Shown in pieces: positions 9,737 through 19,223 of a DNA stretch of 64,000 nucleotides. This stretch comes from Candidatus Levyibacteriota bacterium (GTDB taxonomy: Bacteria; Patescibacteriota; Microgenomatia; Levybacterales; UBA12049): NCBI GenBank assembly GCA_027459745.1, contig DAIDHL010000004.1, positions 79,240 to 143,239 on the forward strand, in the 5' to 3' direction. Both the position numbers and the translations under genes were made by a program. The notes under the pieces were generated by a model. It worked only from the letters and a program-made list of their open reading frames with translations, made no database searches and was not told where the DNA came from. Position 1 is the stretch's first letter, and each line of letters begins with the position of its first letter.

Positions 9737-11818
9737 TCATTGACATTCAAAGGTACATAATTGCAACCCACCCGCACCATGTGAACATTTACTTATAACC
9801 TTACATCCTGGTAAAGCCGTATTGGCCTGCTGTAATAAATCCGCAGGAATCTTCCATTCAAGCAAATAATTGCCGGTTTGTGAGATATCGGTCGAATAAG
9901 GTCCAAGCGCCGTGCCGTTGGATAATTGTGCTGTCAGCTGTAGCTGACCAAAGCTAAAGTCAAAAAAACTAGCCCCGCCTGTAGTATCGGTAACCCCGCT
10001 AAATTGTTGACCCCCAGAGCTTAAAGTTAAACTTACATTCGCAATTCCTTCATTGCCATCATAATAGCCGTTATTATTGTTATCAGTATACACAATAACC
10101 TTCATGGATAAATTGGCTGACGGTGTCGCTGAAAGACTAACCGTGCCGTCAGGACTTAAGGTAGGCGACGAGGTTATACCTTTGGCTGACAGAGGTTGAC
10201 TGCTGCAAGCTGGAGAGACCTCAGTCCTATTCAAACAAACTGCTCCTTGTTGGGTATTTACGGGTTGTTGATCCATTTCTGTAGCTTGTAATGCTTTCTC
10301 TACATTAATACAATTATCTGAATAGCCACCATATAAATCATTACACGCCAATAACATATCAATATACATATCCGAAAAATTCGCAGATGGAATTAGATAA
10401 TGTGTCAAAGCCCGATATTGAATCTGATAACTGGCACTACCAATACCATTAATCTGACAACCATTAAAACTACCACCCTGTGTCATTAAATAAAATGCTT
10501 TATTCATAATTCCTTCATTAGTATGAATACCGCCACTATCCTGACTATCACAAATGTATAGTGGTGAAAAAAGCTTATCCGGCTGTCCTGTTAAAGTCGG
10601 ATCATTTAAGTATCTAAAAGGAGTTTTTACACCAGTGAGATGTACATCTTCACCGATCGACCAGTTATGATCAAGACCCGTAGCAAAAATGTCTGAATTA
10701 CTTTCGTTTAAAGCTCCTGACTGATAACTATAGATTAAGCCTGCTGTATAATGTGTCACAGCATGAGTTAATTCATGTGCAACAATATCCAACACATCCA
10801 TGCCCGCACATAATTCAATCCCTCCATCGACATAAGCTGAATTAGGACAAGGAAACCCTGCAATATCTGCCCTATTAACATAACCAAACAATGTAGCGCC
10901 TTTATTATCGATACTGTCACGATTAAAATTATTGAAATAGAATTTATAAACTTTTCCGAAAATATCATAAAGTTTATTCACATCTAAATTTGCGGAAGAC
11001 GACTGACCTTCTGTACGACTCACCACACAATTATCTGAGCTATTACAATTACTAATATTGCGTGATAACAATGTTTCTACCTGATTTTCCTGATAAACAA
11101 TTTCCCCACTGACTAAATCCACAAAATAACGCTTTGCAAAACTTATGGGTTTGGTCTTTGAAGTAACCAATACAGCTAAAACATGGTAGGTTGTACCATC
11201 AGCGCTCAGTCCTAGAGCCTGTAGATTTAGTAAATATTCCTGCTCTTCATTCACGGTCAAACTCAAATTGGGATTCTCTTTTCGTGCCTGATTCAGAGCA
11301 ATTGTTTTTGCTTTTTGGTGATTAATTTGCGTGAATAACGTACTAGGCTGCTTTGTAACAACAACCCCTGCCGCAGCATATATCTCATCCGTGTGCTGAA
11401 TATGAATTGCAATAATACCGTCATAGACAGGAATATTATCGATAGTTTGTTGATAAAAATAATGCTCTGTTCCGGGCAGGTAATCAGTAGGATTTTGCTT
11501 GTCAATCATACTTCTTTGCAGTACTACATTGGAAAATGTATTCAAACCACTACCAAAAATTTTATTGGGATTTGCTCGAATAAAATCTAACGCAGCTGAT
11601 TGCCCTTGTTGATTTGATTTATATAAATAACCGCTTTGTGTATAAAGCGAAAAGGCATTGTCATTGCCATGGGTTACACTATATGAATCTTTTCCTAAAA
11701 TCTCGCTATTAATTGTAACTTGATTAAATACATAAGTTATTAACGAAACGATGGTTAATAGTATAAAAGCTGGAATAAACCAGTATTTTTTTAAATACTG
11801 TATTACTTTCTCTTTCAT
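9737..11818 (-). CDS. Thermolysin-family (M4) metallopeptidase with propeptide and C-terminal SdrD-B-like domain
   Basis: AHELTH zinc motif, GALNESNSDIF, GGIHTNEGI; FTP/PepSY-like propeptide (YQQTIDNIPV, YFVDLVSGEIV); VYTDNNNNGYYD. Confidence 0.92.
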   Translation of the reverse strand: MKEKVIQYLKKYWFIPAFILLTIVSLITYVFNQVTINSEILGKDSYSVTHGNDNAFSLYTQSGYLYKSNQQGQSAALDFIRANPNKIFGSGLNTFSNVVLQRSMIDKQNPTDYLPGTEHYFYQQTIDNIPVYDGIIAIHIQHTDEIYAAAGVVVTKQPSTLFTQINHQKAKTIALNQARKENPNLSLTVNEEQEYLLNLQALGLSADGTTYHVLAVLVTSKTKPISFAKRYFVDLVSGEIVYQENQVETLLSRNISNCNSSDNCVVSRTEGQSSSANLDVNKLYDIFGKVYKFYFNNFNRDSIDNKGATLFGYVNRADIAGFPCPNSAYVDGGIELCAGMDVLDIVAHELTHAVTHYTAGLIYSYQSGALNESNSDIFATGLDHNWSIGEDVHLTGVKTPFRYLNDPTLTGQPDKLFSPLYICDSQDSGGIHTNEGIMNKAFYLMTQGGSFNGCQINGIGSASYQIQYRALTHYLIPSANFSDMYIDMLLACNDLYGGYSDNCINVEKALQATEMDQQPVNTQQGAVCLNRTEVSPACSSQPLSAKGITSSPTLSPDGTVSLSATPSANLSMKVIVYTDNNNNGYYDGNEGIANVSLTLSSGGQQFSGVTDTTGGASFFDFSFGQLQLTAQLSNGTALGPYSTDISQTGNYLLEWKIPADLLQQANTALPGCKVISKCSHGAGGLQLCTFECQ

Positions 11819-11890
11819 AGTATTATCATACAGGATTATTCAGTGGAGATAAAATAACTATCAAAGGCTGAGATTTAGCCTATTAAAAGC

Positions 11891-14800
11891 TTAAACTATA
11901 CCTGTTTGATCAGAATCACCATTGCTCATCAATGCAGCCGATGAAACTGCTGGTGGAGCGAATGTCATACCAGTAGCGCTGAGTGGCATAGATGTCGGAG
12001 TCATAGAAGAAGCTGATGGTATTTGATCTACTGTAGTAACTGACGGAACTGGGGTCAAACCTGCTACTGGATTTACTTGAGGTATGGAATTCACTCCACT
12101 ATCAAGCGTAGGAGCAGTGTTCGGGCCAACATTATTTATAGAATTTGTATAACTCTGTGCAATATCTCCAATAGTCTGCATTAACGGCTGGCTATCAGAA
12201 CTTGAAAGATCTGAGGGAGCTTGTTTAGATGTACTAACAGCTGGTGTTTCAGTTAAAGGTTGCTCAACTTGCGCTTGTATATTAGGAGTAGTATTGGGAT
12301 TTAATGAATTAACAACCTGATTCGATTGAGAAGTAGTATCGATAGTGGTGGCAGTAGTATTAGATACTGATGCAGTAGGACTATTTACTGTTTGTCCGAC
12401 AGCTTGAGGTTGCGGTTGTAATTTGGTAAAACTAAACTCCGATTTCTGTTGATCGTAATCAATTTTGATGATATCTCCAGCTACAAATGTTTTGTTAATA
12501 ATCATCATGGCAATTGGATTTTCAATAGCTGACTGGATCAAGCGACGTAATGGACGTGCTCCATATTGCGGATCATACCCTTCTTTAGCTAAGACCTCCA
12601 GTGCCCCATCCGTAATTTGCAAAGAGAAGCCCTGATCTTTAAGTAATTTATTAGTCTTTTCCACACCTAATTTAGCAATATATTTCATGTCTTGCTGTCT
12701 CAACGGTTGGAACATAATAATCTCATCAAAACGATTTAATAACTCAGGACGGAAAAATTTATGCAAATCGTCGGAAACTTTGGCCTGCATTTCTTTATAC
12801 ATTTTTTGATACTCTTCGGGTGTTTTGGTTGGTTTGGACAATTGATCCTGAATGTCCTGACTACCAATGTTGGAAGTAGCTATCACTATAGTATTTTTGA
12901 AAGAAATTGTATTACCTTTATTGTCTGTTAAACGTCCATCCTCCAATAGTTGTAACAAAATGTTAAATACATCAGGATGAGCTTTTTCAATTTCATCTAG
13001 TAAAACGATCGAATAAGGCTTTGCACGCACAGCTTCGGTCAATTGTCCTCCTTCTTCATAACCCACGTAACCTGGAGGTGCTCCTATTAATTTCGCAACC
13101 TCATGTTTTTCCATATATTCTGACATATCTAATCGCACCATGGCGTCATCTCGACCAAATAAAATTTCGGCTAATGTTTTGGCCAATTCGGTTTTTCCTG
13201 TACCAGTGGGCCCCAGAAAGATGAAAGAAGCAATCGGACGATTGGCTGCGGCCAGACCAATTCTTCCTCTTCTGACTGCTTCTGCAACTCCGTTGACTGC
13301 TGGTTCTTGATCAATCAATCGCATATGAATACGCTTTTCTAGCTCTAATAATTTTTGACTTTCATCTTCTGTTAATTTGGTAATAGGAATTCCTGTCCAA
13401 GCACTAACTACCTTTTCGATATCAGAGCGTTGGATGGTGTTATCTTGGCGTTTTCCAGCAGACATTTGCAACTTCACTTCCGCAGCTGCCTCGTCCAATA
13501 AATCTACTGCCTTGTCGGGCAAATAGCGTTCACCAATATATTTTTTAGATAATTTAACAGCCTGTTTTAAAGCATCATCTGGGATAGTAACATGATGATA
13601 ATTCTCATATTTGGTTTTTAATACTTGCAGCATTTTTACCGCAGTTTCCTCATCCGGTTCCTCCGCTATGATGGGCTGGAAACGGCGAGCAAAAGCTTTA
13701 TCTTTTTCAAAATACTTTCTGTATTCTGATGTTGTAGTGGTACCGATAATTTGTAATTGTCCACGAGCTAAATTCGGTTTAATGATATTAGAAGCATCCA
13801 AAGCACCCTCATTATCCCCCGTACCAATTAATGTGTGAATTTCATCAAAGAACAAGATCACTTGTCCTCCACTTGACATGGTGTCTTTCATTACACTGCG
13901 TAGTCTTTCTTCAAACTCCCCTCTATGACTAGCGCCTGCTACTAGTGATGAGACATCAATTTGAATAATCTTTTTGTTTTTCAACTCTTCAGGAACATTA
14001 CCTGACACAATCGCCTGAGCCAAACCCTCTACAATAGCCGTCTTACCCACACCAGCTTCACCAATAATAATTGGGTTATTTTTGGTCCTACGTAATAGAA
14101 TATGCACTAATCTATCAACTTCTTTTTCTCTACCTGCAACTGGATCTAATCCACCTTCTTTAGCTTTTTCTGTTAAATCTACACCAAATTTATCTAATAC
14201 TGACTTTCTTCCTTCAGTATAGGCGGATGATTTTTCCAACTTTGCCACAACTTCATCTTTTCTCACACCTTGGGCTTGCAATGTCGCACCACTAGAGGAG
14301 GGGAAAATTGCTAACAAAATGTCTTCCGGAGCGATAAACGAACTACTACGCTCCTTTGCAGACGTAAAAGCAGTTTCAAAGATTTGTTTAACTTGATCAC
14401 TCAAAGTTGGTTGGCCCGTAAAAGTACCTGGTGTTTCCTTGGTTTGTACTTCACGTGATAACTTAGCTACATCTACCTTAAATTGCTCCAATAGCTTATA
14501 GATCTCAGTATCGTATAGCAGACCAAATAGTAATTGTTCAGGCATGATAACTGCCTGCTGAACGCGCATTGCTTCTTGTTTGGCATGCATTAAGACCTGC
14601 ATAGAACGACTATCTAAATGAGAAAGCGCCGACAAATCTTCTCGACGTGAAGGATCCATTGCCGCACTATTGGCTGTAGCGGGAGCAGCGATGGGAATTG
14701 AGGGAGAAGTAGGAGCAGTTGTAGTTGTGGTGCTAGTCTGTTGGAAAGTCTGAGTAGGTAAAGCCATCGCAGCAACAGGAGCAACTACCACTGGCCCACT

Positions 14801-14929
14801 GGCACTAATAGTTGCAGAGCTACTTTGAGTGGTTTGTGTGGTTTCTGTCACAGGAGGAATTCCAGCTGATTGATCAGTAGATACACCATTATCATTAGTC
14901 TTTGTACCACCAAATAAATTTCCCAACAT
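11891..14929 (-). CDS. ClpC/ClpB-like Hsp100 ATPase with long low-complexity termini
   Basis: Clp-N repeats; GEAGVGKT and FFDEIH; GPTGTGKTE, GAPPGYVGYEEGG, LLDEIEKAHP; ATG 14929 preferred over TTG 14944 from promoter spacing. Confidence 0.92.
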   Translation of the reverse strand: MLGNLFGGTKTNDNGVSTDQSAGIPPVTETTQTTQSSSATISASGPVVVAPVAAMALPTQTFQQTSTTTTTAPTSPSIPIAAPATANSAAMDPSRREDLSALSHLDSRSMQVLMHAKQEAMRVQQAVIMPEQLLFGLLYDTEIYKLLEQFKVDVAKLSREVQTKETPGTFTGQPTLSDQVKQIFETAFTSAKERSSSFIAPEDILLAIFPSSSGATLQAQGVRKDEVVAKLEKSSAYTEGRKSVLDKFGVDLTEKAKEGGLDPVAGREKEVDRLVHILLRRTKNNPIIIGEAGVGKTAIVEGLAQAIVSGNVPEELKNKKIIQIDVSSLVAGASHRGEFEERLRSVMKDTMSSGGQVILFFDEIHTLIGTGDNEGALDASNIIKPNLARGQLQIIGTTTTSEYRKYFEKDKAFARRFQPIIAEEPDEETAVKMLQVLKTKYENYHHVTIPDDALKQAVKLSKKYIGERYLPDKAVDLLDEAAAEVKLQMSAGKRQDNTIQRSDIEKVVSAWTGIPITKLTEDESQKLLELEKRIHMRLIDQEPAVNGVAEAVRRGRIGLAAANRPIASFIFLGPTGTGKTELAKTLAEILFGRDDAMVRLDMSEYMEKHEVAKLIGAPPGYVGYEEGGQLTEAVRAKPYSIVLLDEIEKAHPDVFNILLQLLEDGRLTDNKGNTISFKNTIVIATSNIGSQDIQDQLSKPTKTPEEYQKMYKEMQAKVSDDLHKFFRPELLNRFDEIIMFQPLRQQDMKYIAKLGVEKTNKLLKDQGFSLQITDGALEVLAKEGYDPQYGARPLRRLIQSAIENPIAMMIINKTFVAGDIIKIDYDQQKSEFSFTKLQPQPQAVGQTVNSPTASVSNTTATTIDTTSQSNQVVNSLNPNTTPNIQAQVEQPLTETPAVSTSKQAPSDLSSSDSQPLMQTIGDIAQSYTNSINNVGPNTAPTLDSGVNSIPQVNPVAGLTPVPSVTTVDQIPSASSMTPTSMPLSATGMTFAPPAVSSAALMSNGDSDQTGIV

Positions 14930-15019
14930 ATATCTATTGTTCAATTTTTTTTTGTATTAGTCAAGCTGACTAATCATGCTAATTCATAATTTCAACGTCA
15001 GATTTCTAAACTACTTTAA

Positions 15020-17935
15020 TTAGGAATAATCTTTTGTTTCTGGTTTTGTATCTACTTGTTTATCATCTTTTACAGATTTTTCACTTTGTTCTTCTCCATA
15101 AGCCTTAAGAGGCATATCTAAATGTTGTTCCAGTGTGTTCTCTTGAGTCTTACTGGCCCTTTGAGATAACAGAGTATCTTCTTCCTCTTCTTGCTTGCCT
15201 AAAGTAGCCAAGACTTCTTTGGCAGCTTGTGCTTTGGCCTTTAAGTAAGCCACGATTTCTGATTGAGAGAAACCACCAATCAAGAGGAAAGGCAGAATAC
15301 CTGATACACGCTGCATACCCTGACTTACTTGCAATTGATCTGGAGAAGAAAGCAATGAAATTGTCTCCGTTATCTCTTCGATATCTGACTGTAACCATGA
15401 TTTACGATCATTAATTCGGCCATCCAAAGTTTCTGGAACATCCATGCTGGTATAGTTATCAGACCACATTTGTCTGACTGCTTCGTAATCTTCAATACTT
15501 ACAGTTTGAATACGATTGGAAGTAGGTAAATTAGCAGAAGCACCTGATGTTTGTACTCCATTCTGGGCCAAGAGCTCCAATACCTTTACGGCCAAAGGAT
15601 CTCCTTTTTGCTTAGCTTCACGCAAAGACTTTAACAGACGTTGCACTTGCGCAATAATATCGGGAGATTGTGTCGAATTTAATAACTCAGTAGCTAATTT
15701 ATTTCCTTTGCGGCTTTCTTGTTTAAGCTGTTCGTGTAACTTCGTCACGGTGGGTAAATCTAACTTGCCTTTTTGTGAAACTAACTTGCTTGCAGCCAAG
15801 ACATTTACCGCTACAGGATTATTGCGCGTACTTTCCTGATGCAATGCCTGCACAAGAGTGGTTAAGGTTGAAGGCATGTTAGTCGTAGATTGCGTAGCAA
15901 TTTTTTGAATCATTTGGGAGATACTTTCAATCTCGGTCTTATTTATAGTGTTCATGGTCGAGACAACCAGAGAAGCAGTGGCGTTTCCTTTTTCGCTCTG
16001 TTCCACGATGGTTTGACGTATCTCATTGGCTTTAGTCCTCTCCATTTGAGTCGTAGCGTTAGTGGGATTTAAGATTGTGTTCATAGTTTGCTGTACCGTG
16101 TTTGCCGTCTGTTTACTGACAGTAGTAGCTGTGGCTAAGGTCGCTGCTTGCAGAATATTTTTGGCCAATACATTGCCCTTCTGACTCTCCACCATCAATC
16201 TCCCTCTGATCTGCCGATATGTATCCTGCTGGGCACCCATTGCACTAGTAGGGTTGGCAATTTTAGCCAAAGTCTGTTCATAACGCATGGAAGTAGGTGA
16301 AGACTTATTACTCATCATGCTCTTTTCGAATTGAGCAATATCTCGCATCGTGGGGACATTAAGACTGGTCAATTTCGTGATGTCCGAATTAATTTTTACG
16401 GGTAACTGGACAGGTTGATTACGTCTAATATCCACGTTCACAGGCACTTTGAAGTTCGCACCAAAGGGCAATGATTTAGCCAGCCCAGCCGGCTTATATT
16501 TACCTGGTGGCTGAGGAGCAGCAGGCGCTGGTGGAGGAGGATTAAACAAAGTTGGACTTCTAGCTATCAATTGCTGAACCCAAGCATTTTCATTAATTGA
16601 GAACGAGTTTAGATAGTCAAGGAAGATCTGTAATAGAATAAAAGGCAATAAAATCACTACCCACAACATCATCAAAGCTACCACATATTCGGCGAAGGTT
16701 TCAATATAATTCACGCTGTTATTAATGCCAACCTGTTGTTTCGGACCACCAAGTAAGATATTTATAGCGGTAGGAAATCTATCTAATAATTGAGGTGATC
16801 CAGCCTTAAAAGTTGAGGGATCCTGTCCACCTAAGACAGCCGAAGAGTTATAAGTCTCACCAGCTAAATCGGTATGTGTATAGTCTGTAAAGTTAAGTGG
16901 AATGTAATGAACCCATACACTTACTAACCCTGCTAGTAAAATTGAAAATAAAGGCGCGTATAATAACCAACGAAAGAACTCGCCTATCCATATTTTAGCA
17001 GTATTACGAACAGGACTAAAAAACAACAGTAACGGAAAGACCGGAGACAAAATAATAAAAAACCACATGATAATCTTACGCAGTAATAAAATCCCTACCA
17101 TTACGTAGTAGGTAATGGCTGTTAACTTAACTAATAATAAAGCAATAAAAGCAGATTCTGTAGAGTTAGGATCCGCCAAACGCAAACCGACAAAAGTAGC
17201 ATAATCCCATCCTACAAATAACAGATCTTTTTGCGAAATGTTATTGGGGGCATATGTAGGACTCTTAAGGAAAAATAGCTGAACGATATCTCCAAGCTGA
17301 TAAAGAAATTGAATAATACTCCAGGAGAAATAGACTAGAACTACAATAACGACAAAGCGAATCATGAAACGTCTTACGGTCAAGCTTCTGCCTCGAGTGG
17401 CAATGATAACAATAGCCGCAATAATCAAGACTACAGCCAATAAAGCATATACTATTTCGCTAATAGTCGCCCAAAAAATCTGTAATGGATTTTGCGATGC
17501 AGCTCCTACACTTCCTGGTATCAAATATACCCAGCTAAAATTTTTTGCATTTAAAGTCCAGTCAAGTAGGAGCCCAGCGCGGGCTGCATTTTGTCCAACA
17601 AATGTTACCTCACTATCTGGCACATATGTACCCGTGGGAACTGGCGTAGTACCAATTGAGATTGCCCCTCCTCCCCCTGGTACAGTAGTAGTAGGCGTGG
17701 GGGTGGCAGTAGGAGTCATAGTGGGTGTGGGTGTAGAGGTAGAGACTGCAACAATAGTATTACATGTCCCAACTCCGCCCGCACCAATAATACAAGTCTG
17801 CGTATTGCCTGGAGGTACACTATCGCATCTTATTGCATTTGTTCCACAGGTAGTATAACTAGCAAAAGTATGTGAAAAACTAAACGAAAATAATAATATG
17901 AATAAACCGATTACTATGGGCAGTTTTTTAAGCAT
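15020..17935 (-). CDS. Large polytopic membrane protein, VirB6/TrbL-like core plus long soluble C-terminus
   Basis: Signal peptide, about 6-7 TM segments, LLRKIIMWFFIILSPVFPLL...WIGEFFRWLLYAP pattern resembling VirB6/TrbL; family call by eye. Confidence 0.55.
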   Translation of the reverse strand: MLKKLPIVIGLFILLFSFSFSHTFASYTTCGTNAIRCDSVPPGNTQTCIIGAGGVGTCNTIVAVSTSTPTPTMTPTATPTPTTTVPGGGGAISIGTTPVPTGTYVPDSEVTFVGQNAARAGLLLDWTLNAKNFSWVYLIPGSVGAASQNPLQIFWATISEIVYALLAVVLIIAAIVIIATRGRSLTVRRFMIRFVVIVVLVYFSWSIIQFLYQLGDIVQLFFLKSPTYAPNNISQKDLLFVGWDYATFVGLRLADPNSTESAFIALLLVKLTAITYYVMVGILLLRKIIMWFFIILSPVFPLLLFFSPVRNTAKIWIGEFFRWLLYAPLFSILLAGLVSVWVHYIPLNFTDYTHTDLAGETYNSSAVLGGQDPSTFKAGSPQLLDRFPTAINILLGGPKQQVGINNSVNYIETFAEYVVALMMLWVVILLPFILLQIFLDYLNSFSINENAWVQQLIARSPTLFNPPPPAPAAPQPPGKYKPAGLAKSLPFGANFKVPVNVDIRRNQPVQLPVKINSDITKLTSLNVPTMRDIAQFEKSMMSNKSSPTSMRYEQTLAKIANPTSAMGAQQDTYRQIRGRLMVESQKGNVLAKNILQAATLATATTVSKQTANTVQQTMNTILNPTNATTQMERTKANEIRQTIVEQSEKGNATASLVVSTMNTINKTEIESISQMIQKIATQSTTNMPSTLTTLVQALHQESTRNNPVAVNVLAASKLVSQKGKLDLPTVTKLHEQLKQESRKGNKLATELLNSTQSPDIIAQVQRLLKSLREAKQKGDPLAVKVLELLAQNGVQTSGASANLPTSNRIQTVSIEDYEAVRQMWSDNYTSMDVPETLDGRINDRKSWLQSDIEEITETISLLSSPDQLQVSQGMQRVSGILPFLLIGGFSQSEIVAYLKAKAQAAKEVLATLGKQEEEEDTLLSQRASKTQENTLEQHLDMPLKAYGEEQSEKSVKDDKQVDTKPETKDYS

Positions 17936-17936
17936 A

Positions 17937-18368
17937 TTAATTTATTTTGTGATATTCGTAATCTGAATTCTTCACATACTGATCATTTTTATATAGTTGA
18001 ATCCACTTTTTTTCTTGCCCTACCGGGACTGTAACTTCAAAAACAATATCTGAACCAGTTTGGCTATAACTACCATTGGAGTTATATTGTATGAGTCTTG
18101 CAGGTTCTGCATTCTCCAAGAATAAGCTTACTGCTTCATTATAATTAGTATTATCCACTGTAACTAAAATCTTACCCGGCACATAAGGTGATAAGCCAAT
18201 AATTCTATAAATTCCAGTTTGATAGACAAAAGATGGGTTATTAAAAACATACAAATAAAGAATGAACATAAATAATGTAACAAAAACTCCAAATAAAAAG
18301 CCCGTAACAAAAGAGTACTTACGCTTGGATGGCTGTGAAATTTTTATTGGCATAACTTTATGCTCCAA
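17937..18368 (-). CDS. Hypothetical single-TM protein
   Basis: ORF tightly packed between pilin and large membrane protein; one TM; YVPGKILV motif. Confidence 0.65.
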   Translation of the reverse strand: MEHKVMPIKISQPSKRKYSFVTGFLFGVFVTLFMFILYLYVFNNPSFVYQTGIYRIIGLSPYVPGKILVTVDNTNYNEAVSLFLENAEPARLIQYNSNGSYSQTGSDIVFEVTVPVGQEKKWIQLYKNDQYVKNSDYEYHKIN

Positions 18369-18666
18369 ACCCTGGCAATTTTAAGATATCGACCAAAACA
18401 ATCTGGATAAACAAATAGCCAAAAATGGCTAATAATAATCCGGCAATCGCATAGTATAAATAACTTTTACCATTACGTAGTGCGGCTGGATCTCCTTGCG
18501 AAGTTAAGAGAATATATGCACCATAAAGAATAAAGATCAAGGACAATCCACCCATAATACTCAAACCAATCCCATAAAACTTTTCTGCAAAGGCAACGGG
18601 ATCAGTAGGTATACAACCGAAATCAGTTGTGATTCCAGTTCCTCCATTTGGCAAAGTACACTGCAT
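18358..18666 (-). CDS. CPR-type pilin (TrbC/VirB2-like)
   Basis: GITTDFGCIPT, then two TM helices separated by YILLTSQGDPAALRNGKSYLYYAIAGL. Confidence 0.75.
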   Translation of the reverse strand: MQCTLPNGGTGITTDFGCIPTDPVAFAEKFYGIGLSIMGGLSLIFILYGAYILLTSQGDPAALRNGKSYLYYAIAGLLLAIFGYLFIQIVLVDILKLPGFGA

Positions 18667-18746
18667 AATATAACGTTAGCAGAGATAGCCAATAAAAACA
18701 ATATTATGACGGCTAAATTTGTTAAATTAACTTAACTGCTCATAAC

Positions 18747-18783
18747 AAAAAAACACTCCCAGCTGAATAGACTGAGAGTGTTT
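18747..18783 (-). terminator. Intrinsic terminator-like hairpin
   Basis: Minus strand AAACACTCTCAG...CTGGGAGTGTTT running into a T-tract. Confidence 0.6.
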
Positions 18784-19223
18784 GAGATTTTGAAAATAGT
18801 ATTTGTAAAAGAAATTTTTGCAATCATTAAATAAGTTATCTTGGTATAACCGTTTCAATATTATCTCGCCCTATTAAGCTTATATTGCTGAACAGTCTTT
18901 TGATTTATAGATAAGTTAATTTAGATTCCAAATATAGATTTTGTGTAGCCTTCTTGGTTATTATTGTAAAACTTTATAGCTGAATGACCCAAATTAATCT
19001 TATCAATATTGAGAATAATGATATTATTTGTTATCGAACAGGATATTATATTTCAAACAACAACAAATTCAAAAATTTCTTTATATATTCCTTTTTCCTT
19101 GTACCTCCTTCTGATAAGAATCATATCAGTCATTACTGAAAAATGACTTAATAATTTATAATATTTCTAACTAACCCTGAGCTTGTATTGTCCTAGAGTA
19201 ATTGACATAATTACCCCTCTCAA

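Noticed and set aside
17364-17858. Long antisense ORFs (also 2451-2882, 22028-22522, 27761-28201 and similar)
   Set aside because: Fully overlap well-supported genes on the opposite strand and have no motifs
18664-18730. Hydrophobic signal-like peptide in another frame upstream of the pilin (possible frameshift)
   Set aside because: No start codon in that frame; explained by T-rich promoter sequence
18920-19133. TGA recoding (genetic code 25) suggested by an in-frame TGA
   Set aside because: TGA terminates clear genes (e.g. at 48726 and 61306) and conserved genes have no internal TGA
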